Shown one piece after another: positions 1-9,600 of a stretch of 40,007 nucleotides of DNA (the stretch's first letter is position 1; every line of letters starts with the position of its first letter). The notes beneath the pieces are model-generated. The model ran no database searches and had not been told where the DNA came from. It saw only the letters and a list, made by a program, of their open reading frames with translations. Origin of the DNA: a bacterium (GTDB taxonomy: Bacteria; Patescibacteriota; Minisyncoccia; Phycocordibacterales; UBA9973); the NCBI GenBank assembly GCA_037130655.1, contig JBAXSP010000005.1:1-40007 (forward strand), in the 5' to 3' direction. The translations under genes were made by a program, and so were the position numbers.

Positions 1-61
1 TAATGACTAATGACTAATGACTAATGACTAATGACTAATGACTAATGACTAATGACTAATG
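1..61. repeat. Perfect heptamer tandem repeat (TAATGAC)x8 plus partial unit, running off the window edge
   Basis: Positions 1-56 are eight exact TAATGAC units; 57-61 is TAATG. Confidence 0.98.
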
Positions 62-67
62 GAATAC

Positions 68-98
68 AAAGCGCGGCGACCAAAGGTCGCCGCGCTTT
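68..98 (-). terminator. Perfect 14-bp palindrome with 3-nt loop, likely intrinsic terminator of secY
   Basis: AAAGCGCGGCGACC-AAA-GGTCGCCGCGCTTT, 36 nt downstream of the secY stop. Confidence 0.8.
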
Positions 99-130
99 TA
101 CTAGTCATTGGTCATTGGACACTGGTCATT
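99..130. repeat. Degenerate heptamer repeats, inverted relative to 1-61
   Basis: TAC TAGTCAT TGGTCAT TGGACAC TGGTCAT T between the hairpin and the secY stop. Confidence 0.85.
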
Positions 131-134
131 ACTT

Positions 135-1406
135 TTAGTATTCCCGAAGTGAAAGCTGTGCTTCAATTCGTTTTACCAAATCGATAACCACAGATACCGC
201 AATCAAGAGTGATGTACCTCCAACAGTCAGTGATGTGATTCCTGTAGCACTTTTGAGTACCAACGGAATAACCGCAATGAGCCCCAAGAAGAGTGCACCA
301 AAGAGTGTTAGACGAACAATGATATATGAAAGATATTTCATTGTTGCTTCACCTGGACGAATTCCTGGAATAAATGCTCCACTCTTTTGGAGATTTTGAG
401 ACATTTGTTCTGGATCAAACGTAACTGCTGTGTAGAAGTATGTAAATAATACTACAAAGATAAAGTATACGAGTGGGTATGCCCAAGCTGAAGTGACAAA
501 CCAAGACATTGCGTGTGCAAGACTTGCAAGTACGCTGTGTGTTGAGTTAGCAAATACATTTGCAATCAACTGCGGAAAAAGCAAAATTGAAAGTGCAAAA
601 ATGATTGGCATAACTCCTGCTTGGTTCAAACGAACTGGAATGTATGTTGATGTTCCACCGATTACTCGATTACCGTGCACTTGTCGTGCATAGGTTACCG
701 GAATCTGTCGTTCTGCATCGTTCACAAATACCACGAATGCAATGATCAATGCCCCAAGTGCAGCAAAAAGCAAGAATACTGGTAATTGAGAAATGTCGAA
801 TGAATAGATTGCTTGTGCGATGTGTGTTGGTAATTGCGCTACGATACCAGCAAAGATAAGGAGTGATACTCCGTTTCCAATACCGAATTCAGAAAGCAAT
901 TCTCCAATCCACATAAGGAGAACAGAACCTGCAACAATAACTGCTAAGTTAAGTGCAAATCCAAATGTTGATAGTTCAACAATAATTCCTTGTTTCTTCA
1001 AAAGCAACAAGAATCCAAATCCTTGCAATAGTGCCATTGGTACAGTCAAAATTCTTCCGTATTGAGCAAATTTTTGACGCCCTGCATCACCGTTGTCTTG
1101 ATACGCAGATTTAATGCGAGGAGACAAGATAGTCAACAACTGCATGATGATTGAAGCCGTAATGTACGGACTCACCCCAAGCATAATGATTGAAAGATTT
1201 GATAGTCCTCCACCTGAGAGCACATTCAATATTCCAAAGAATTGGTTGTTGGCAAGAAATTGTTGCAAACGAGTCACATCTACTCCAGGAACTGGAATAG
1301 CTGCGAGTAAACGGAACAACACAAGAAAACCTACTATAGCCAAAATTCTATTACGAAGGTTTCGGTCAGTTACTAGCAGTTTAATTTTCTTTAATAGTGT
1401 ATTCAT
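135..1406 (-). CDS. secY: Preprotein translocase subunit SecY
   Basis: LGVSPYITASIIMQLL, GIGNGVSLLIFAGI and GAFIPGIRPG motifs; about 10 hydrophobic helices; follows rplO. Confidence 0.99.
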   Translation of the reverse strand: MNTLLKKIKLLVTDRNLRNRILAIVGFLVLFRLLAAIPVPGVDVTRLQQFLANNQFFGILNVLSGGGLSNLSIIMLGVSPYITASIIMQLLTILSPRIKSAYQDNGDAGRQKFAQYGRILTVPMALLQGFGFLLLLKKQGIIVELSTFGFALNLAVIVAGSVLLMWIGELLSEFGIGNGVSLLIFAGIVAQLPTHIAQAIYSFDISQLPVFLLFAALGALIIAFVVFVNDAERQIPVTYARQVHGNRVIGGTSTYIPVRLNQAGVMPIIFALSILLFPQLIANVFANSTHSVLASLAHAMSWFVTSAWAYPLVYFIFVVLFTYFYTAVTFDPEQMSQNLQKSGAFIPGIRPGEATMKYLSYIIVRLTLFGALFLGLIAVIPLVLKSATGITSLTVGGTSLLIAVSVVIDLVKRIEAQLSLREY

Positions 1407-1417
1407 AAATTTAGTTG

Positions 1418-1494
1418 AAAGTTCTTAAAGTTATAAAGTTCTTAAAGTTATACTGTTTTGCATTTACTTTACAACTTTGTACTTTATGAACTTT
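1418..1494. repeat. AAAGTT/AACTTT short repeats in two inverted arms, including an exact 17-bp tandem duplication
   Basis: AAAGTTCTTAAAGTTAT at 1418-1434 and 1435-1451; ACTTT units at 1466, 1474, 1481 and 1490. Confidence 0.8.
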
Positions 1495-1938
1495 TTACTT
1501 AATAATACCGCCAGCTTGTTCTATTTTTGCCTTAGCTGAATCACTTACGAAACAGTCAGATGAAATAGAGAGCTTTTTTGTAAGTTCACCAGTAGCCAAA
1601 ATTTTGACTTGAGGAAGAACACCTTGTGTTCGTTTAATCAAACCATTTTTCAAAAGCAATGCTCTTGTAATAAATGTTCCTGCTTCAAATACTTTGTCCA
1701 AAGTTCCAACGTTTACAACTTTGAAATCTTCTTTGACTGATTTGTTACTGTTTTTTCCACGTCCACGAAGTTTTGGAAGTTTCTTGATGATATCGCGCAT
1801 TTGTGGACGCTTTTTGTTACCAGCACGAGCTGTTTGTCCTTTGCCTCCACGTCCAGATGTTTTACCGCTTGAACCTCCACGTCCAATCAATTTCTTTTTC
1901 TTGTTTGGTGTTTTTTTAACGAGTGTATGTAGTTGCAT
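1495..1938 (-). CDS. rplO: 50S ribosomal protein L15
   Basis: IGRGGSSGKTSGRGGKGQTAR motif; AKAKIEQAGG C-terminus. Confidence 0.98.
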   Translation of the reverse strand: MQLHTLVKKTPNKKKKLIGRGGSSGKTSGRGGKGQTARAGNKKRPQMRDIIKKLPKLRGRGKNSNKSVKEDFKVVNVGTLDKVFEAGTFITRALLLKNGLIKRTQGVLPQVKILATGELTKKLSISSDCFVSDSAKAKIEQAGGIIK

Positions 1939-1939
1939 A

Positions 1940-2560
1940 TTATTGTTGTGTTGCTACTTTTTCTTCTTGTGCGACCACAGGAGCTGCATGTACTTTTTTG
2001 ACTGCGATTTGAGAAAGCGCAGAAATAGTTGCACGAGCATTGTTCATTTTGTTCTTACTACCAGAGTTAATCTTTGCAGTAACGTTCTTGATACCAGCCA
2101 AGATCAAAATATCACGCATAGCAGAACCTGCTACGAGACCTTTTGATTTGTTTGGCATCATCATTACTTGTGCACTGTTGTATTTTGCAGACACATCGTG
2201 ATGGATTGAACCTTCTTTGTTCAATTTGACGGTAATCATATTTTTGCGAGCAGCTTTCAATGCTTTTGCGATTGCAAGCGCAGTGTCAGCACCCTTTCCT
2301 GTTCCCATTCCAACAGAGCCCTTGTGGTCTCCGATTGCAATAGCAACTGCGAAACTCATACGACGTCCTCCTGAAACCACACGAGTAACGCGACGAATAG
2401 AAATCATCTTTTGATCGAACTCAGGTTTTGGTCGTTCTGCATAAGTTTTTCCTCCTGGACCTCCTGGTCTTCCGCCTTTTCTATGTGGACGAGCCCCACC
2501 AGCCCCAGTCCCAGTTCCTGTCATTGTATTATTATTGGGTTTTGTATTTGTGAAAGCCAT
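1940..2560 (-). CDS. rpsE: 30S ribosomal protein S5 with Gly/Pro-rich N-terminal extension
   Basis: IRRVTRVVSGGRRMSF and GLVAGSAMR motifs. Confidence 0.98.
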   Translation of the reverse strand: MAFTNTKPNNNTMTGTGTGAGGARPHRKGGRPGGPGGKTYAERPKPEFDQKMISIRRVTRVVSGGRRMSFAVAIAIGDHKGSVGMGTGKGADTALAIAKALKAARKNMITVKLNKEGSIHHDVSAKYNSAQVMMMPNKSKGLVAGSAMRDILILAGIKNVTAKINSGSKNKMNNARATISALSQIAVKKVHAAPVVAQEEKVATQQ

Positions 2561-2564
2561 AAAA

Positions 2565-2915
2565 TTAAAACTTAAGTCCTGCTTCGCGGGCAGAATCTGC
2601 TACTAATTTGACACGACCAGTATACTTGAAACCATTACGGTCAAAAACAACTGCAGTAATCTTTTTTGCTAGTGCAACTTCGGCAATTTTCTTACCGACA
2701 ACAACTGCGCGTTCTGCTTTTGTACCTTTTGTTTCTTTGATGTCTGATGCTTCACCAATTGTGACACCTTTTGTATCATCAATCAATTGAGCGTACATAT
2801 GGACATTTGAACGGAATACAGAGAGACGTGGAATACTAGCTGTGCCAGAAACACGACTTCTAATCTTGCCTTTCAAACGAATTCTTTTTTCAGTTTTCTT
2901 TTGTTGTGTATTCAT
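2565..2915 (-). CDS. rplR: 50S ribosomal protein L18
   Basis: [24 protein letters not shown] and AREAGLKF motifs. Confidence 0.98.
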   Translation of the reverse strand: MNTQQKKTEKRIRLKGKIRSRVSGTASIPRLSVFRSNVHMYAQLIDDTKGVTIGEASDIKETKGTKAERAVVVGKKIAEVALAKKITAVVFDRNGFKYTGRVKLVADSAREAGLKF

Positions 2916-2918
2916 ATA

Positions 2919-3452
2919 CTATGCAGATTTCTTACCAGCTTTGCGACGAATAACTTCCCCATCATAACGGAATCCTTTTCCTTTATATGGTTCTGGCTTT
3001 TTCAATGCGCGAACTTTTGCTGTAAATTGTCCGACCAATTCTTTATCAATACCTGATACGGTAATGTTATTTTTTTCAGCAGTCACCGTCAATCCTTCAG
3101 AGATTGGAACGATAACTGGATGAGAAAATCCAAGTGCTAATTTGAGATCTGAACCAGCTACTTCACTTTTGAAACCAACTCCTTCAAGAATGAGTTTCTT
3201 TGAAAATGGAGTAACTACTCCTTCAATCATATTTTCTAAATGAGATGCGTAAGTACCCCAAAGAGATCGGGCGAATTTGTCAGTCTTTCTTGGTGTGAAA
3301 GTGAGTGCATTATCTTCGATCGCAATAGTAACCACATCAATGACAGGACGAGTAATTGTTCCTTTTGGACCAGTTACTGTCACCATACCGTAGTCGAGTT
3401 TAACCTCAACACCAGCAGGAATTTGTATAATTTTTTTACCAACTCTTGACAT
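2919..3452 (-). CDS. rplF: 50S ribosomal protein L6 (start trimmed to MSRVGKK)
   Basis: MSRVGKK, LGFSHP and PEPYKGKG motifs; ATG at 3452. Confidence 0.98.
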   Translation of the reverse strand: MSRVGKKIIQIPAGVEVKLDYGMVTVTGPKGTITRPVIDVVTIAIEDNALTFTPRKTDKFARSLWGTYASHLENMIEGVVTPFSKKLILEGVGFKSEVAGSDLKLALGFSHPVIVPISEGLTVTAEKNNITVSGIDKELVGQFTAKVRALKKPEPYKGKGFRYDGEVIRRKAGKKSA

Positions 3453-3462
3453 ATATATTTGA

Positions 3463-3849
3463 TTACCAGATTTCGAATAATACTTCACCTCCGACCTGTT
3501 CTTTTTTCGCTTCCTTGTCAGTCAAAATACCTTTTGGAGTAGAAAATACTGTTACTCCGAAGCCATTCTTCACTGATTTGATATCGCGAATACCAGCGTA
3601 CATACGACGTGATTGTTTTGAAATACGTTTTACGTCACTGATTTTTGATTTTCCATCTACGTATCGAAGTGTAATTTCGATCATCGGACGGTCACGCTTC
3701 ACGAGAGCTTTTACATCCTCGATGAAATTTGCGCGCTTCAAACACTCTAAAATAGCGAGTTTGATTTTTGAATGAGGAACGACAACAGTTTCTTTAGAAA
3801 CCATTGCTCCGTTCTTCATTGATATGAGCATGTTTGATATTGGGTCCAT
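3463..3849 (-). CDS. rpsH: 30S ribosomal protein S8
   Basis: DPISNML, RISKQSRRMY, STPKGILT and GGEVL motifs. Confidence 0.98.
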   Translation of the reverse strand: MDPISNMLISMKNGAMVSKETVVVPHSKIKLAILECLKRANFIEDVKALVKRDRPMIEITLRYVDGKSKISDVKRISKQSRRMYAGIRDIKSVKNGFGVTVFSTPKGILTDKEAKKEQVGGEVLFEIW

Positions 3850-3875
3850 AATAATTTGATGTTATTAGAAAAGAA

Positions 3876-4061
3876 TTACCAAGAAGACTTACGTACTCCT
3901 GGAATCATTCCGTCGTTTGCTAACTCACGGAAACAGATTCGACAAAGTCCGAAATCACGCATAAATGCGTTTCCACGACCACACTTAAAACAACGATTCT
4001 TTGCACGAACCGGAAATTTTGGTTTCTTTTCTGCACGGGCTTTTGTTGATGTTTTTGCCAT
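3876..4061 (-). CDS. rpsN: 30S ribosomal protein S14, short zinc-binding type
   Basis: 61 aa with CFKC and CRIC pairs; IPGVRKSSW end. Confidence 0.98.
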   Translation of the reverse strand: MAKTSTKARAEKKPKFPVRAKNRCFKCGRGNAFMRDFGLCRICFRELANDGMIPGVRKSSW

Positions 4062-4204
4062 AGGAAAAATTAATTAGCCTTTTTAAGGGACTAATAGTGA
4101 ATAATAAGTGATGAGATATCGCATTATTTTTCTTAAATATCCTTATAAAACAAGTGTTTTGTAAGGTCACTTAAGGAGAACAATGGATCAAACACCACGA
4201 GCAC

Positions 4205-4233
4205 ATAATAACATAGTAAAAACCCAAAAACAA
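4205..4233 (-). promoter_or_regulatory. Putative sigma70 promoter for rpsN-secY
   Basis: Minus strand TTGTTT-17 bp-TATTAT with TG extended -10; overlaps the hairpin at 4218-4240. Confidence 0.55.
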
Positions 4234-4263
4234 GGGTTTTAGGGCTTTATACAGATTCTACCT

Positions 4264-6678
4264 TTAGCATATTTTAACAGCGGGACAAACATCTTCTGGA
4301 GTACTGGTTTTGATTGAATTTTGATTTTTTAAAGCAATAATCTTATCCATCGTTTTTGGGCCAACAATACCAGTAGCTGGAATATTATATTTTTTCTGGA
4401 ATTTGATTACTGAAGCCTTGGTAACTGATCCGTAAAAATCTGTCACCTTTATCTCTTTCGGGAAAAACCCCTGTGTGACAAGAAATCTTTGTAATTCTAA
4501 AACATCACTTCCCTTTTTTCCTGTAGCAAAATATACGACTTTTTTAGAAAAAACAGGATTCGTTACAGTTGATATATTTTGAATAATCGTTGGAGTAACG
4601 GGCTGTGTAACAATATCCCGAGGTGTAACCACTGTAATTGATGGCATTGAAGGAATAAATCCTCCTCTACGACTATTTACGATCATCTGCGTAGCAGAAA
4701 CAACAGAAGATGGAGTCCCTTGTCCCCCATTATTAACTGGTATTACACGAAAATCGTATAGATTACCATTAATCAAACCAGTAATCTGTGCAGTTGTCAC
4801 AGCACTAACACTGTCAGCAAAAGTATTCCAGCTTGTTGTTCCATTTTCACGATACTGAATAACATAATCAGAAATTGCACTTGTACCAATATCAGTCGGA
4901 GCTGTCCAAGTGAGCGTCATTGCATTGTTTTCAGACGTCACAGAAAAACTTGTTGGAGCAAGTGCGGTTGTTCGAGTAAAAGAAATTTCTGTTGAACGCG
5001 GAGTAAAGTTTGGTGAATATGTATCTGTGTCACTCTCTTGTACCACTGTATAATAAGTCGTTCCAGCAACGAAGTTTGATGTATTCATTGTGGCACTTGT
5101 ACTTGTTGCAGTATATGTTCCACTACTTGTTCCGTATGAAATCTTGTAGGCAGCCAAAGAACTTTCAAGTGTAGCTCTCGAAGTCCAACTAAAATTCATT
5201 TGACCGAGTGACTCACTCACAGAAAAATTTGCTGGTGTCATCATATTGATTGCATACAATCGTGCCATCTGAGCAAAACCTGCAGTATTTGGATGTACAT
5301 CCTGACTAGTCGCAGCTAAATCAATATAATGATACCCATCGTTGTAATGATTTTTGAAAAATGTCCAAAAGTCAGGACCCGCAGAAACACCGGTGTTTGA
5401 AATTACTGTCGTATAGTATGGTTGATACGGTTCGAGCAAATTATGAAAAGCACTATCAATAGAATAGTTTGGATACGCAAGCCAGATATTTGCCGCACTG
5501 ATACCGTATCGTGTTTTCAATTCGGTGTTAATAATTGTTGTCAAATTTGTTTGGAGTGATGAAGCAGTAAGATTATTATATGCATCATTCACCCCAAGAT
5601 TAACCAATGCTTTATTTGGAGCAAGTGCGGTTACTCTTGTGCGATACCCTGCTCCACTCATCATACTGACATATCCAGCAGATGTAATACCCGCTTTTCC
5701 GTCATTCATAATAAAAACTGGATATCCATAATACGAAACAAGGGTGTTTTGTAATTTTGTGAGAAACCCTTCTTTCCATCTACCAGAAAAAGCGCCGTGT
5801 TGTGGGAACTGACGATTGTCATTTGAAACAGTTCCGGCTGGTGCTGTTGTCCAATTGGCAATTGGTGTTGAACCAAGATCAGTATCATAATACCCTTCGG
5901 TGATTGAATCACCGACACCTAAAATAATATCTCCGATACCAAGATTTGTTGCTTGATCATGATTACCTGCACTTGTTTGAACAACCTGACTCGAGTCGAC
6001 GATATATACATCGATCGTATATTCTGCTTTCGCAAGTGACGTAAATGAAGCAGTAAACGGTGAAGACATATCGTATACTGTTTGTTCTGTTGATAATCCC
6101 TTATTTAAAACAAACTTCACTCCACCACTTGATGGAAGCCCCGCACTTGCAACTGTTGCGGTAATAGACAATGTTGTGCTTGTTTGAATATACGGAATAT
6201 AAAATGGCGCTATATAGTCATCAGTAATAGCACGAGTTGCAACATACGGCGCACCAACAACACCTTTCATAGGGCTAGTAATAAAAATATATCCAGCTTT
6301 GACTGGTATAACATTTGAAATTGCTGCGGTTCCTTGGCTGTTAACAGCCATGACAGAAAAATCATATACAGTATCAGTAGTAAGGCCGGTCACCGTCGCA
6401 CTTGCTGTTGTGCTGACACCATCAGTAAATGTTGTCCATGAAGTATCTCCATTTAAACGATATTGAATCGTATAATCAGTAATACTTGCTCCGCCATTTG
6501 AAGGTGCTGTCCAAGTAAGTGTCACCGACGTTGCATCAGCACTCCCCGCAAGGGTTGTAATCGCAGAAGGAACAGAAACAGCTGAAGAACTGTGTGGAAA
6601 ACAAAGAAAACACAGAAAGAAAAATATACCGTACAGTATATTTTTCTTTCTGTGTGATTTTGTAGTATTTCTATTCAT
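4264..6678 (-). CDS. Secreted FN3 + SGNH/GDSL hydrolase + FN3 + peptidoglycan-binding protein
   Basis: Signal peptide; FN3 motifs (LTWTAP...YDFSVMAVN); SGNH blocks GDSIT, NDGKAG, NLGVND, DVHP; C-terminal GSDVLELQRFL...GIVGPKT PG-binding pattern. Confidence 0.85.
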   Translation of the reverse strand: MNRNTTKSHRKKNILYGIFFFLCFLCFPHSSSAVSVPSAITTLAGSADATSVTLTWTAPSNGGASITDYTIQYRLNGDTSWTTFTDGVSTTASATVTGLTTDTVYDFSVMAVNSQGTAAISNVIPVKAGYIFITSPMKGVVGAPYVATRAITDDYIAPFYIPYIQTSTTLSITATVASAGLPSSGGVKFVLNKGLSTEQTVYDMSSPFTASFTSLAKAEYTIDVYIVDSSQVVQTSAGNHDQATNLGIGDIILGVGDSITEGYYDTDLGSTPIANWTTAPAGTVSNDNRQFPQHGAFSGRWKEGFLTKLQNTLVSYYGYPVFIMNDGKAGITSAGYVSMMSGAGYRTRVTALAPNKALVNLGVNDAYNNLTASSLQTNLTTIINTELKTRYGISAANIWLAYPNYSIDSAFHNLLEPYQPYYTTVISNTGVSAGPDFWTFFKNHYNDGYHYIDLAATSQDVHPNTAGFAQMARLYAINMMTPANFSVSESLGQMNFSWTSRATLESSLAAYKISYGTSSGTYTATSTSATMNTSNFVAGTTYYTVVQESDTDTYSPNFTPRSTEISFTRTTALAPTSFSVTSENNAMTLTWTAPTDIGTSAISDYVIQYRENGTTSWNTFADSVSAVTTAQITGLINGNLYDFRVIPVNNGGQGTPSSVVSATQMIVNSRRGGFIPSMPSITVVTPRDIVTQPVTPTIIQNISTVTNPVFSKKVVYFATGKKGSDVLELQRFLVTQGFFPKEIKVTDFYGSVTKASVIKFQKKYNIPATGIVGPKTMDKIIALKNQNSIKTSTPEDVCPAVKIC

Positions 6679-6698
6679 ATCCGAAACAGAATGATTTA

Positions 6699-9600
6699 TT
6701 AGTTTACATCTTCATTCAAGAGCTTATCCCAAAAAATCTTATCGATTATTCCATTTTGTTTTAATTTAAATAATTGTTGTTTGTTTTTTACTATAGTTGT
6801 TGTTTGTTTTCCAAATACACCATCAGCTTTTATACCGAGGATTTTTTGCATACAGGCAACATCAGTACCTCGTTTGCCAACTGAAAGCGTGCGAGTATAT
6901 ACACAACTTTTTACTGTCCCCTGTTCCAAAGCAGGAACAATGACTGACTGCGTTGAATCTCCTGTACTTGAATAGAATTTGATATATTGTACGACTGATT
7001 TACGTGGAATCGTCAAATTTTTCTGCGTAACAAAACTAAACGGAACAATACCAGGACTATTTGAAAAATCTGATTTAGTTGCTAGTGCGTATCCAGTAAT
7101 ATTTACACCATTATTAAACACGGTATTTGTATTAGTTGTAATGCTTGGACTTGGGACTAAACTATTTCCACTACCCACCATCGGCACGGCACGGACAATT
7201 GATATATTATTGTGTCTCGTAGTTGTTGTGGTTGTCGTTGCTGGATCATCTATAGTAAACGTATAGATTGATGGATCAGAAAGAAAGGTTTGACCTCGAA
7301 GCACAAAAGAGTACGTTGTAGAAACTGTCGGTGTTCCAACAAAATTTGAACCGCTGATTGAAATACCTGTTGGTAATGAGCCTGATACAAGGAAAAAGGC
7401 TGGACTACTAAGACTACTCAAACTACTGATTGCTGTGTTATACGCAGTTCCTCTTGTACCACTTGGTTGTGTGCGAGAAAAATTCAGAATATCAAAACTA
7501 TCAACGCGGTTTGAACTTGTTTGAACAACATATAAACGTCTATTTATAGCATCAAAATAAATATGTGATGGACCATACATACCATTTTGAGAAGGAAGTG
7601 CCGTAGAAGTAGTAAAAGAATCTTGACCAAGAACAGCAAAAGCTGAAGCAAAGTTTGAAACGCCGGCAGAAAAATCAAATACCAATACTCGATTATTTAC
7701 ATTTTCAGCAACATACAACAACTTATCTGCTTGATTCCATGCAAGACCACGAGGTGTACTCATTGTACTTGCTGTTGTACCTGCAGTATTTGTCGTAGTT
7801 GAGAGTTGTCCCAGAATCGTTGCAGATGCTCCGTTGGAGATAGAAGTAGTAGAGTAAACCAACACTCGATTATTCCCAGAATCACTAACAATGAGTCGGC
7901 TATTGGTCGGATCTACCGCAATTCCATAGGGGGTGTTCATACCGGAACCGGTACAACTCCCTGACAGAGTAATATTCGTAGAACTTGAAGTGAAATCACA
8001 TTGACCGAGCACGTTCTCAGCCGTTAGACCACTTGCCATACTTGAAAGATTATAAACAACCACACGGTTAGCTCCATAGTCTGCAACATACAATTTATCT
8101 GTCACACTATTATATGCAACCGCAGTAGGGCCAACTAAGTTAGTAGATGAAACAGTAGCAGTACTGCAAGTAGTAGTAAGATCTGCTTTACCGAGCGCGT
8201 ATGTAGCAGACATATTATTTCCAGTAACACCTGCAGATAAGTCATAGACCATCACACGCTTGTGCGCGAAATCTGCTACAAACAACCGTTTATGAACAGA
8301 ATCATAATCGAGCCCTAATGGTGTACTTAATCCCGCGGCATTACACGAACCAGCACTACTACCTGTCGAAGTTGCTTGACCAAGATAGTATGTAGGGACA
8401 ACACTTGAGGGAACGTTGTCGTTTGTTAATGTATACACGAGTACACGATTATTGTTTGCATCGGATACAAACATATAGTGATGGTCAGTATCTATAACTG
8501 CACCGATTGGTGTGTTCATACCATTTGCTCTCACTGTTGCTGATTGTGATGCTGTTTGGTTATACACTGGCAGATCACTTGAATCAAGTTGACCGAGCAG
8601 ATTCGTAGCCGCCATATTATTACTAGTAATACCGCCTGAAATATCATAAAAAGTGATACGATGATACGTGAAATTAAGAATATATAAATATCCATTCGTC
8701 TCGTCATAAGCTGAAGAAATTGGCCCGCCCAAGCCAGTACCATTTGAATTCGCTGCCGCACTCGATGTTGTAAGTAATGTTTGCCCAAATGCATTCGCAG
8801 CAATAACACCATTGGTGAACGATGTATAAACCACCGTACGATTATCCGATAGATCATTTACAAAAAGACGATTATTTGTCGCATCATAAGTCAATTGACG
8901 AGGCGCACTCATACCACAACCGTTAGTTGTACCTGAGTTACAAGTACCGTTAGCAAACCCGGCTGCCGTATTGGTAGTACTTGTAGTAAGGTTTGGTTGA
9001 CCAAGCACAATTGTCGCCGTTATTCCACTACTACTTAATCCCCCTGAAATATCCCACCCCACAACTCGGTGACAAGTTGGATCTGATGCAAAAACTCTTC
9101 GTCCACTGACATCAACAGCAACACCAATCAAATTTCTTGAAAGCGTGCTACTGCAAGTACTTGTTGTTGGTGTCCCTAGACTTGTTTGTCCGAGTACATA
9201 ACTTGCAGACATTCCAGTACTTACCACTCCACTTGAAAGATCAAAACCCATTAATCGCCCATTAGTATAGTCAGCCACAAAAAGCGTTTTAGTTGTTGTG
9301 TCATATGCCAAAGCACTTGGACCAGACATCGTACTTGCAGTTGAGCCGGCAGTTGATGTTGTAAAACTTGTTTGACCAAGAACATATGTTGCATTCATTC
9401 CATCAGTAATACCACCTGAAGCAATATTTGCATAAACCAATACACGATTACCTGAGAAATCTCCCACAAACAACATATCAAGTGATGGTACATACAAAAC
9501 ACTTGTTGGAAGAATTGTGGTTGATTGAGTAGCGATTGCAGTACTACCTCGAAAACTTGGCTGACCGAGTACATTGTCAGCAATTCTATCTACCGGAGTA

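Noticed and set aside
1-61. CRISPR array or telomere-like end
   Set aside because: The units are 7 bp with no spacers and there are no cas genes; similar arrays occur internally.
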